From Syntrophales bacterium (GTDB lineage Bacteria; Desulfobacterota; Syntrophia; Syntrophales; UBA4778): 64,000 nt of DNA. Each line of letters opens with the position of its first letter. The stretch's first letter is position 1. Both the position numbers and the translations under genes were made by a program. Where the stretch lies: positions 1 to 64,000 of the forward strand of contig CAXXQE010000006.1 in the NCBI GenBank assembly GCA_963665615.2, given 5' to 3'. This document shows positions 19,640-28,553 of this stretch, one piece after another. Below the pieces are notes generated by a model. That model did no database searches. It saw only the letters and a list, made by a program, of their open reading frames with translations, and was not told the origin of the DNA.

Positions 19640-21295
19640 TCAAAATGTAGTTTTAAAAGTAAAGCTTATCCAGCTGCGGTCCTGAATCAACGCATTAGGG
19701 TCATTAAAGGAGCTAATTGATCCGGATTCGATGGTCTCTTTTCCGAAATAACCAATATAGGCAAGCGCAAACGTATAGCGTTGATATACATCCATTGACA
19801 GTCCGATGCTATAGGACCCCGCGTTTTCATCGCAGCCAGAGATAACAGCGGAATTTCCTGAAATACCTTGGCTCCAGCTCATCGGCATTGAAAGATCCAT
19901 CCCGGGGAAAACTTGCAACCACTTTGGTGTAAAGTTGATCGCCACACCAACGGCGTTTTTTGAAGCACGATCCAGTGCTGTATAGCCGTCGCGTCCCTTA
20001 AAATAATTTTCACCCTGAGTCACGGAACTGTAACCGTTCAAGCTCATCTCGACGAGATAATCTGCCGAATCCCAGAGTGGTGTCTTCCCCTGAAGGCCCA
20101 AGGCATTAATAACAAAATGATAGGTATTACCACGGGCACCGAGGGTGTCACCGTCGGCCGGTGCTGTCATTACCCCGGGGATGATCATGACCGCCTCACT
20201 GGAAAGCGGCATATTATGTCGCCATGAGAGATCTGCACCAACGCTGATCCCAAGCACTTGCCGTGTATAACTTACACCATAAAGATCGATATTATCGGCA
20301 AAGGCAATAAAATAACTGCTATTGAGTAAATCAACATGAACCTGAGAAGGAACCATATCAGCAAATCTCCTGTAGTAGAAGCCGATAGTCCCCTGAATGA
20401 TCTCTGGTCTCCAACGTAGTGCCACTCCCCAGTTTTTCTTCGCATCCGGATTACCATCACGGGTGTGAGCAAAAGCAAAACCAGGTGCCAGTACAAGTGA
20501 ATCGGCTCCCCGCACCATCATATCAGTTCCACTCAGGTAAGAGCCGGATTCGCTGAGGCGATAAGGTTCCCACTGCAAGAAATATTGCCCTGCAAGAGAG
20601 AGCTTGTCGCTCAACTGCGCGGTTGCGGAGATTTGGGCCAAGGGCCGGAATAATTCCTTGAGCTCGGAACCCGGGACAGCGCTCGCCTTCCCGGCGTCAA
20701 TCGGTGCTTGGCTATAAGATATACCTTGATTACTGAGCATGGCTTCGCCCCAATAAATTGTATACCTGCCAACCTTGAAGTTGATCGGCACATTTCCTAT
20801 ATCAAACTTGGCGAAGACAAAGGCGTCAAGCAATTCGCCATCTGGACCGGCATAGAGGCGATCTGTGTAACCGCTCAAACCAAGAGTCTGACTCCCCGCA
20901 CCGTTCATATGGTTAGAGGTAAGAACATTGTCGTTATCGAGTGAATCGTGGTACCTCTGGTCATACCAGAAGGCCCCACTCAGTCTAAATCCATAGTCCC
21001 TTTTGAAACGCATATCAAATTCAGTTAGGAGGTCTAGACGGTTTGTCACAATCCCATGAGCAAAATTACGGTCCCCATCGTCGTAGTTGACGCTGTTGAT
21101 GATATCATCGGTTGGTGCTTTTACACGATATCCAAAATTATACTTGATCGTGTTATCCCAACGCAGGATGATATCCTCGTTGCCTGTTGGTATTACAAAA
21201 GCCTGGATACTGCCACAGAGCAAGATACTCACCGCTGCCATCACTGCTAACATAGCTGCTAGCATACCATGAAAGCCCAATCGTCTCCTTTTCAT
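19640..21295 (-). CDS. DUF1302 family outer-membrane beta-barrel protein
   Basis: RWDNTIKY, NYDDGDRNF, ELLDAFVF, PGSELKELFRP, C-terminal DRSWISFTFKTTF; start placed at ATG 21295 after GGAGG. Confidence 0.9.
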   Translation of the reverse strand: MKRRRLGFHGMLAAMLAVMAAVSILLCGSIQAFVIPTGNEDIILRWDNTIKYNFGYRVKAPTDDIINSVNYDDGDRNFAHGIVTNRLDLLTEFDMRFKRDYGFRLSGAFWYDQRYHDSLDNDNVLTSNHMNGAGSQTLGLSGYTDRLYAGPDGELLDAFVFAKFDIGNVPINFKVGRYTIYWGEAMLSNQGISYSQAPIDAGKASAVPGSELKELFRPLAQISATAQLSDKLSLAGQYFLQWEPYRLSESGSYLSGTDMMVRGADSLVLAPGFAFAHTRDGNPDAKKNWGVALRWRPEIIQGTIGFYYRRFADMVPSQVHVDLLNSSYFIAFADNIDLYGVSYTRQVLGISVGADLSWRHNMPLSSEAVMIIPGVMTAPADGDTLGARGNTYHFVINALGLQGKTPLWDSADYLVEMSLNGYSSVTQGENYFKGRDGYTALDRASKNAVGVAINFTPKWLQVFPGMDLSMPMSWSQGISGNSAVISGCDENAGSYSIGLSMDVYQRYTFALAYIGYFGKETIESGSISSFNDPNALIQDRSWISFTFKTTF

Positions 21296-21488
21296 GCAAC
21301 CCCTCCTCTCTTGATAGTTAAACACCTTTTTTGCCCCTCTTCCCCTCTTTATAAAAGTTACTTGCCGCAATCTCCTATTCTATAAAATATCACTTAAAGT
21401 ACATCTAACATACAGGCGCACCACATGAGGTATATCATTTATCATCTTCAATTCTCTCGCATAATAGAAGCATACATTTAGAGATCCA

Positions 21489-22634
21489 TTATATTGCCTT
21501 GATGATATCCTTGTATTGTTCAAGCTCATGCATGATGTCTGTCGGCGAGATCGCCGACCAATGCGTTTCTGTCGGTGTATAGCGGTTTTGCTTATCTTTC
21601 TCTTTTATACGGAGTGCTCCGGTTTGGCACTTTGTGACGCACAGTCCGCAACCCAAACATCTTTCCAAATCCACTTTTGGCTTACCTTGCGGAGTTACTG
21701 CAATCGCTTGTAAAACACAGCGGTCAATACACAGTCCACAGGCCGTACATGCTCCTATATCAACCTCTATATAGTAATTAGAACCGCATGTCTCTGCCGG
21801 TTTTTCCAGCAGCTTCTTCTGTAATATTTCAAAACAATTTTTACCACAGTGGCAGATGTGAGTCGGTTCATTAAGATTCTCCAATTGAGGGATAAAGCCT
21901 GCCTCTTCACAGGCGTCTAGAATTATGACAGCCTCTTGATGGGAGATATACCTTGCATAGCCATTCTCTGTAACCATCTCGGCTGCCACCCCGACAGCAA
22001 GACAACGCTCGATGGGTCCTTCGGTGTTTCTCCCATTTGCCCTGTGAAGGACATCACACGCGCAGGGCATAACAGCTATTTTCTCAGCCCTGTTAATAAT
22101 TGCCATGACATCGTCATAAGGAGCTACCAATGCGTTCTTTTCGATTGCCTGCCCTACAGGTACGGATCGCAAAAAAGGTGATGTCAATCGTTTCTCGGTC
22201 GTATTCCAGTATTTATAATGAAGCGCTGTTGTTTCCCTGTCATTTTCCTGATTTGCACGCAGAAATGAAAATTCTGCAATGCCTGGCACAAATAACATAG
22301 GACGGTAAAATACCGGATTTGTCTTAGTACTGATGAGCATCATCTTTCTGCACATTCCGTCAAGAAGTGGCTGCAATTCTTCCACGGAAAGATTTAGACG
22401 CATTGCAATGTCATCGAGAAGCTCCATTTTATTCTCGAGGGCAATATACACTCGCGCCTCATCTTTCGTGAATATTCTCTTCAGCAGCAATATTTCTAAT
22501 CCTGACTCCATTGTGAAGAAACCGGCACCAGTGCTCTTGAGCTTCTCTTTTAGGCGACCCCATAATTCTTTGTCCTCCACTAACGTGCTCTGCTCTGCCC
22601 CGATAGCCGTTTCATGCATTGTATCCCTCATCAC
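21489..22634 (-). CDS. 4Fe-4S dicluster protein, paralog 3
   Basis: LLKRIFTKDEA, PCAC, CHCGKNC, CTACGLCIDRC, CLGCGLCVTKC. Confidence 0.85.
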   Translation of the reverse strand: MMRDTMHETAIGAEQSTLVEDKELWGRLKEKLKSTGAGFFTMESGLEILLLKRIFTKDEARVYIALENKMELLDDIAMRLNLSVEELQPLLDGMCRKMMLISTKTNPVFYRPMLFVPGIAEFSFLRANQENDRETTALHYKYWNTTEKRLTSPFLRSVPVGQAIEKNALVAPYDDVMAIINRAEKIAVMPCACDVLHRANGRNTEGPIERCLAVGVAAEMVTENGYARYISHQEAVIILDACEEAGFIPQLENLNEPTHICHCGKNCFEILQKKLLEKPAETCGSNYYIEVDIGACTACGLCIDRCVLQAIAVTPQGKPKVDLERCLGCGLCVTKCQTGALRIKEKDKQNRYTPTETHWSAISPTDIMHELEQYKDIIKAI

Positions 22635-22679
22635 TATTAATCCCCTTTCCTATTCTCGAGTGGGCGTAGAATAAGAATG

Positions 22680-22957
22680 TTAATAGACGTGCACTCTCTG
22701 CTCTGCCGCCATACCGGCGACACCTCGTGTTAACACCAACGATGATATTGCTCCTCGTCCTGATGCCTCCTGCAATTTTCCGATATACCTCGGGATCGGT
22801 CGTTGGTTTGCAGTCTCAGGGTCCATGAGGCTGCTCCCGCTTCTGCAGCACATACTGCGTCGTCATTTATCTGTTTAGGCGTAATGAGCATGTATGGTGT
22901 TAGCACAGGCAGTGTTACATTACCCATCAGTGCAGCGGTCATGATCAGTTTCTCCAT
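22680..22957 (-). pseudogene. Truncated, frameshifted BKACE (Kce/DUF849) gene
   Basis: MEKLIMTAALMGNVTLPVLTPYMLITPKQINDDAVCAAEAGAAS, HxH motif missing, then KPTTDPEVYRKIAGGIRTRSNIIVGV in another frame; remainder absent. Confidence 0.8.
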
Positions 22958-22964
22958 TGAATGT

Positions 22965-23906
22965 TTACCCTGCCTCTCCATGTTCTCTGTTCCATTGAAT
23001 CAAATGATCGAACAGCCGTTTCTTGCATTCATCAATCCTTTCGGGGCTCCAGTCTTGAAACCCTTTGCTGGTCTTGAAACCCAATTCCCCTTTTGCCACC
23101 TTCTTTTGCAAGATCGGTGATGGATTCGGCGAACATTCAAGATTATTCAAAATGTAATTATGGATCTGTAAGACGAGATCGAGACCTACCATATCGGCAT
23201 TTTCAATAGGTCCTAATACAGGGAGCCTGATACCAAAACTATGCTTAATCGCTTCATCCACAGTTTCAGCATCTGCGATGCCATGATCCACAATGTAAAT
23301 AGCCTCCCGCCAAAGGGCATGCTGAAGACGGTTTGCCACAAAACCAGGTACATCCTTCAAGCATTTGATGGGATGCTTTCCAGCCCTTTTCATAAACTCG
23401 TAACTAAAGTTCATGGTTTCATCGGAAGTATCATGCCCCTTTACTACCTCCACCAGCGGGATCATATAAGGCGGGAACCAGAAATGCGTCCCAACAACCC
23501 GCTCCTTATATTTTGTTTTTTCTGCTATCTTCGTTATACTGATAACGGATGTGTTGCTGGCAAGAATTGTTTCCCGGGGACAATAGGCATCTATCTCTTG
23601 AAAGAGTCTCTGTTTCAGCTCCAGATTTTCTGATACGGCTTCAATGACGAATTGAGCATTACGGACAGCCGCTTGCAGCGATGTTGTCGTTCGAATCCGA
23701 GCGACAGCGGGGGCGATCTCTTCTCTGGTCATGATCTTCTTTTCGTAAAGCAATGTAATATTCGCCCTAATATTCGCTATGGCTCTTGTAAGAAGTTCAT
23801 CGCTCACATCACTGAGAGTTACTTCATGCCCACGGGCTGCGAATATCTGAGCCAACCCGTGCCCCATCATCCCCGCACCGATTATGGCAACACGCTCCTT
23901 TGACAT
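22965..23906 (-). CDS. 3-hydroxyacyl-CoA dehydrogenase family protein; candidate 3-hydroxy-5-oxohexanoate dehydrogenase
   Basis: IIGAGMMG, EAVSENLELK, SNTS, GTHFWFPPYMIPLVEV, GFVANRLQHALWREA. Confidence 0.85.
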   Translation of the reverse strand: MSKERVAIIGAGMMGHGLAQIFAARGHEVTLSDVSDELLTRAIANIRANITLLYEKKIMTREEIAPAVARIRTTTSLQAAVRNAQFVIEAVSENLELKQRLFQEIDAYCPRETILASNTSVISITKIAEKTKYKERVVGTHFWFPPYMIPLVEVVKGHDTSDETMNFSYEFMKRAGKHPIKCLKDVPGFVANRLQHALWREAIYIVDHGIADAETVDEAIKHSFGIRLPVLGPIENADMVGLDLVLQIHNYILNNLECSPNPSPILQKKVAKGELGFKTSKGFQDWSPERIDECKKRLFDHLIQWNREHGEAG

Positions 23907-23920
23907 ATTGTCTTCCCTCT

Positions 23921-24700
23921 TTAACCTGCGCAGTAACCGCCATCGACATCCACAATGGCGCCGGTCATGAAATCGGATGCTTTTGATGATAGAAAAATAA
24001 CACTGCCGATAAAATCTTCCGGTTCTCCAAGCCTGCCAATAGGGATGCGACGGAGAAAATTCGTATAAAAGGCACTATCGTCGAACATCCACTGCGTCAG
24101 AGCCGTTCTGAATACAGTTGGAGCGATAGCGTTGACGTTAATTTTGTACTTTCCCCATTCACAACCGAGCGATTTGGCCAGGAGATGGATGGCGCCCTTT
24201 GACGGGCTATATGCAGAATAATTTGCCATCCCCAAATGCCCACGGGCAGAACCAAGAAGGATTACCTTGCCGCCTCGTCCCTGTTGAATCATGACTTTTC
24301 CTACTTCCTTGCAAAAAAGGTAGGTACCATTAATGTTGGTGTTCATGACCAACTGCCATTCTTCAACAGGCTGGTCCACAATCGGAGCCGGTTTGCTAAT
24401 TCCGCTGGCGCTAAGATAGATATCAATACCACCGAAGGTATCCACTGTTGTATTCACAACCCTTATTACATCCATGCAGTTCACGGCATCACCTGCACAA
24501 TAGTCGGCAATACCGCCATCGGAAATAATTTCCTTCTTATAACTTTCCAGCTTATCAATGGCACGGCCCGAAAGCATAACTTTGGCACCAGCCGCAGCAA
24601 GAGCCTTGGCAGCAACAACGCCAAAACCGCCAGTTGCACCGGTAACAAGCGCCACTTTTCCGCTTATATCAAACAAGTTGGTCACATCTTCTTTTTTCAT
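23921..24700 (-). CDS. Short-chain dehydrogenase/reductase; candidate phloroglucinol reductase
   Basis: TGATGGFG, YSPSK catalytic motif, Arg after beta-2 (NADP-type), C-terminal PTVFRTALTQWMF...NFLRRIPIGRLGEP. Confidence 0.85.
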   Translation of the reverse strand: MKKEDVTNLFDISGKVALVTGATGGFGVVAAKALAAAGAKVMLSGRAIDKLESYKKEIISDGGIADYCAGDAVNCMDVIRVVNTTVDTFGGIDIYLSASGISKPAPIVDQPVEEWQLVMNTNINGTYLFCKEVGKVMIQQGRGGKVILLGSARGHLGMANYSAYSPSKGAIHLLAKSLGCEWGKYKINVNAIAPTVFRTALTQWMFDDSAFYTNFLRRIPIGRLGEPEDFIGSVIFLSSKASDFMTGAIVDVDGGYCAG

Positions 24701-24713
24701 GACAGACCTCTTT

Positions 24714-25055
24714 TCAAGGATAGTTGATGATTACAAGCATGCTGGCAGGAAAGTTCGTCTTATTTATGATCTCTCTTCCCTCATTGGGACCAATGAAAAT
24801 TGAATCATTCTTTCTTAATGTAAATTCTTCTGTCTTGCTTTTGACCGTTATTTCTCCATCTAATACGAAGTAGACCTTTTCAAGCGGATTATCCTCATAC
24901 CCCCACTCGGCTCCGCCACCTGGAAGAAAATGTGAGAGACCAACCCAGAATTTATTAATCCCTGTTTCTTCTTTCCCCTGCAACCTCATCGCCGTCATAT
25001 TGAAGTGGCCCGGCGCCTGATATGTTGCTACATTTTTAATTTCGACTTTTTTCAT
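24714..25055 (-). CDS. Cupin domain protein
   Basis: FLPGGGA, EKVYFVLDGEITV, DSIFIGPNEGREIIN. Confidence 0.85.
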   Translation of the reverse strand: MKKVEIKNVATYQAPGHFNMTAMRLQGKEETGINKFWVGLSHFLPGGGAEWGYEDNPLEKVYFVLDGEITVKSKTEEFTLRKNDSIFIGPNEGREIINKTNFPASMLVIINYP

Positions 25056-25159
25056 GAGTCACTCCTTCTTTTTCGCAGTGTCCTGTTTGGCGGTTGCCAA
25101 ATACCGCGGAATCCACAGCCAAAGGGTGTTTCCCGCTGAATAAGTAACCCCAAAGTGCA

Positions 25160-25960
25160 TTACGTGGTGCCATATTTGTACACACGATCCGGCACTTTGT
25201 TCATCTCATCCTCGTCTATTTCAGCCACCAAGCGAACGATAGATCCATCCCCCAGGTACCATCTTATTGGGAAACCCATGATTTTCACTCTTTTGCCAAC
25301 AACTTTTGCGATGTCGCCACCGACATTTTCCCAACCCAGAATGCCATTGCTTAGAATCAGGTTATGGCAAGGCTCCCATTCAGGAAAATCATCAATAACC
25401 TTTCTTCCCGTTTCCTTTTCATACTGGGCCACCAAATCGGGACGCAAGGGACCGGAACCGTGAGGTCCGATGGCAGTGTGGAGTGGGTGATCCAATGCCT
25501 GCTGATCAACACCGACGGCCTTCACACCTTTTTCCACAAACCATTCCCCAGCAGATTTTCCAAGTCCTGGAGATTCGCAGAAGTATTTAGTGCTGTCTCC
25601 CCAGTACTTGTTCCATCCCGTGTGTACGATGACAATGTCACCCTTTTCAATTTTCGGAGTGGCTTTTTCAAGATCTTCAGCAGTGATCAATTCCCATTTC
25701 TTTTTAGGAATATCAATAACAACACCGGTTCCATAATAGCAATCAAGGGGAATTTCATGGGTATAAGGAAGGCCTTCGATAACATGCGCGGGCGAATCGG
25801 CATGGGTGGTACAATGCATGACCGTTGTGACTTTTTGAGAAAGCACACCCGATTTTGCGTGGTAATGCATTCTTTCTATCTTGACATCTTCAAAGTATGG
25901 CCAAAGCGGGCATTTATCGCCAAACGGATGACTCAGATCAACGAGTTTCATTTTTCCCAT
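25160..25960 (-). CDS. Cyclase (kynurenine-formamidase-like) metal-dependent hydrolase; candidate dihydrophloroglucinol cyclohydrolase
   Basis: VDLSHP, HCTTHADSPAH metal motif, IVHTGW, GVD, ENVGG. Confidence 0.88.
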   Translation of the reverse strand: MGKMKLVDLSHPFGDKCPLWPYFEDVKIERMHYHAKSGVLSQKVTTVMHCTTHADSPAHVIEGLPYTHEIPLDCYYGTGVVIDIPKKKWELITAEDLEKATPKIEKGDIVIVHTGWNKYWGDSTKYFCESPGLGKSAGEWFVEKGVKAVGVDQQALDHPLHTAIGPHGSGPLRPDLVAQYEKETGRKVIDDFPEWEPCHNLILSNGILGWENVGGDIAKVVGKRVKIMGFPIRWYLGDGSIVRLVAEIDEDEMNKVPDRVYKYGTT

Positions 25961-26267
25961 TTTCTATAACCTCCTAAATTAATATCACCATCATTCGGTA
26001 GAATGGCTCTGCCTCCTGCTAGAAAAGGGGCCCTCTGAAATCCTCTGAGGAGGGCAGTTCGATCCTCCTTAATGAATTAGATAGTTAGGAACTTTTCTCC
26101 AAAATCAGCACCCAAGGATATTTGAATGAAATATATTTAGACCCATTTTTTCCTTTTTAAGGTGATAACCAGATGGGAGCTGACACACTTAAAAGTGTAT
26201 AAGCTCTTCGCATCTCTATGAGAAACCCGGCCTTTAAATTTGAACAGGATTTTTCAATGAAAGGAAT

Positions 26268-26285
26268 ATGCATTATGCTTGCCAA
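26268..26285 (-). promoter_or_regulatory. sigma-54 (-24/-12) promoter for the cyclase-led operon
   Basis: Minus strand TTGGCAAGCATAATGCAT = GG-N10-GC, between the activator gene and the operon. Confidence 0.75.
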
Positions 26286-26440
26286 TCAGAGCGGAAGCAA
26301 ATGGATGGGAAGGTTATAAAGATATACAAAAGATAAATAAACAGGATAATATCAATAAAAACGCAGACTTTTATCTTTTAGTGAATAGGCGGAGGGCAGA
26401 TTACTTAAAAAAAATAAGATAAAAAATTCAAGATCCGAAC

Positions 26441-26492
26441 GTATCGAAATGATACACTCGTTTCATGGTGAATCAACTGTCTCCATGGGAAA
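26441..26492. promoter_or_regulatory. Putative enhancer-binding-protein sites (UAS)
   Basis: Palindrome GTATC-GAAAT-GATAC (26441-26455) plus weaker tandem copies at 26460-26474 and 26478-26492, ~160-200 bp upstream of the sigma-54 site. Confidence 0.5.
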
Positions 26493-28521
26493 GTATTTTT
26501 GCAAAAGAGAAGTTGTATTTACGAAGTTTGCGGTAAAGGGAAGCACGGCCAATCCCCAGCCGTTTGCAAGCCTTAGATATGTTGCCACCGCACTCCTCCA
26601 ATGCGGCCTTAATTGTATTCATCTCCATCTGGTCAAGACAGAGGGGATCTTGCTCTATTTCACTTTTGAGAGGCAAATTATTTTTTTTATTACCACGAGA
26701 CATGTCCTGGGAAAAATCATCCAAAGTCAAAGAGGATTTCCTGGCAAGAAGCATGGCTCGTTCAACCCAGTTTTTCAACTCCCTTACATTTCCAGGCCAT
26801 TGATAATTTTCAAGATATCTCATCGCTTCGGCAGAAATCTTATCGACATGCTTTCCAGTTCTGACGCTGATATCTTCCATGAACTTCTGAGCAAGAAATT
26901 TTATGTCTCCTTTACGTTCCCGCAAGGGTGGGATATAGATTTCAAAAGTGCTAAGCCGGTAATAAAGATCGCTACGAAACCTCTCTAGTTTAATCTCGTG
27001 CTTAAGATCTTTATTTGTTGCCGCAATAATTTTGGAGTTCAGTTTAAAATAGGATTTGCCTCCAAGGCGAAGGAATTTTTTTTCTTCCAGCACTCGGAGA
27101 AGCTTAACTTGCATGCTAAGAGGCATTCCATTTATTTCGTCAAGGAAAAGGCTCCCTTGATTAGCCATTTCTAACTTCCCGGACCTTCCGGTACGGAGCC
27201 CTCCAGTAAATGTGCCCCCCTCGTAACCAAATAGCTCACTCTCAATCAGATCGTTAGGAATCGTCGCGCAGTTAATACCCAAGAAAGGTCCTGATGCATT
27301 GAAACTTGCATTATGAATACTCTGAGCAAATAATTCTTTCCCTGTGCCAGACTCACCAGTAATAATAATATTCGCAGATCCTTTCGCTACAGTTTTTGCT
27401 ACTTCTATAGCCTTTAGTATCTCTTCGCTTTCCCCCAAAATGTCTTGAAATGTGTACTGTGCCTCAAAGCCTACTACTTGCTGAACCATTTTTTGAACTT
27501 CTGCCAATTCCCGTAAAAAAATGACATTACCCATCACTTTTCCATAGGTATCGAATATGTGTCGAAAACTTACTAGTGATCGGTGCACTCGATCCCCTGT
27601 CTCGAAAATTACCTCATGGTTGATAAGCTTTCTTCTTTTTTGAATTGCATCAAGGATATCTTTATTTTTTATAATATCTTCAATATTTCTATTTATAATA
27701 TTATCTGAGCTCATACCCAATATTTTTACGACAAGGGGGTTGACATGGGTAACAATATTATTGGTATTTAGAATCACAAAACCAACGCCTATGCTCTCAA
27801 TAGCAGCATTGAAATACTGATTTGCAATAAATGATTTCTCAAATTCTTTTTGCAATCGCAATTGACTTTCTATAACCCTAGCCCCTGAAAGTATCATAGC
27901 CATCGCATAAGGATGCTTTTGGGCTATCTCATAACTGATGTTAACATCCAGGGCCCCTATTATTTCCCCGTCTTCATCATGAATCGGTGCTGCTGCGCAT
28001 GACGCTGGATAGGGTAGTTTAATATAGTGCTCCTCTGCTATCATTTGGTACGGCATGTCCAAGGCAACAGCCATTGCTACTGGATTAGTACCCATTGTTT
28101 TTTCTTGTAGATTGGCTCCAGGGGTAAGAATCCGTGTTCTACTATGCTCCCACAAGCGCCCATCTCCATTGGCGTAAATAATGACACAATCTTTATCTGT
28201 TAAATAAACCACCAATCCCAGGCTTCCAACTAATTCATAAAAGTTCTTTGAAATCACCTTGCAAAGGTTTTCTAAAAATGGGCGGGCTGCCTCTATTAAC
28301 GCTCGGTTCTTTGATAAGATTTTGTTTTTATCATTGTCGGTCAGACCTGATATATTTTTATCACTGTCGGGATCTAATGAATAAGATCTGCATCTTTTCC
28401 AGGAATCCAGAATTTCATCCCGAACAATACCCTTCCGAATCGACCCTGTGTCAATAAACTTCTTTTTGGCTTCCAGGATTTTCTTTTTATCTAAATTTAA
28501 GCCTTTGATTTCACTATTCAT
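26473..28521 (-). CDS. sigma-54-dependent transcriptional activator (AcoR-like GAF-PAS-AAA+-Fis HTH)
   Basis: ILDSWKRC N-terminus, GESGTGKE, ESELFGY, GTFTGG (GAFTGA variant), LFLDEI, FRSDLYYRL, WPGNVREL, LGIGRASLYRK. Confidence 0.95.
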   Translation of the reverse strand: MNSEIKGLNLDKKKILEAKKKFIDTGSIRKGIVRDEILDSWKRCRSYSLDPDSDKNISGLTDNDKNKILSKNRALIEAARPFLENLCKVISKNFYELVGSLGLVVYLTDKDCVIIYANGDGRLWEHSRTRILTPGANLQEKTMGTNPVAMAVALDMPYQMIAEEHYIKLPYPASCAAAPIHDEDGEIIGALDVNISYEIAQKHPYAMAMILSGARVIESQLRLQKEFEKSFIANQYFNAAIESIGVGFVILNTNNIVTHVNPLVVKILGMSSDNIINRNIEDIIKNKDILDAIQKRRKLINHEVIFETGDRVHRSLVSFRHIFDTYGKVMGNVIFLRELAEVQKMVQQVVGFEAQYTFQDILGESEEILKAIEVAKTVAKGSANIIITGESGTGKELFAQSIHNASFNASGPFLGINCATIPNDLIESELFGYEGGTFTGGLRTGRSGKLEMANQGSLFLDEINGMPLSMQVKLLRVLEEKKFLRLGGKSYFKLNSKIIAATNKDLKHEIKLERFRSDLYYRLSTFEIYIPPLRERKGDIKFLAQKFMEDISVRTGKHVDKISAEAMRYLENYQWPGNVRELKNWVERAMLLARKSSLTLDDFSQDMSRGNKKNNLPLKSEIEQDPLCLDQMEMNTIKAALEECGGNISKACKRLGIGRASLYRKLRKYNFSFAKILSHGDS

Positions 28522-28553
28522 TCTACAAGTCCAGATACAGATAAATAATAAAA

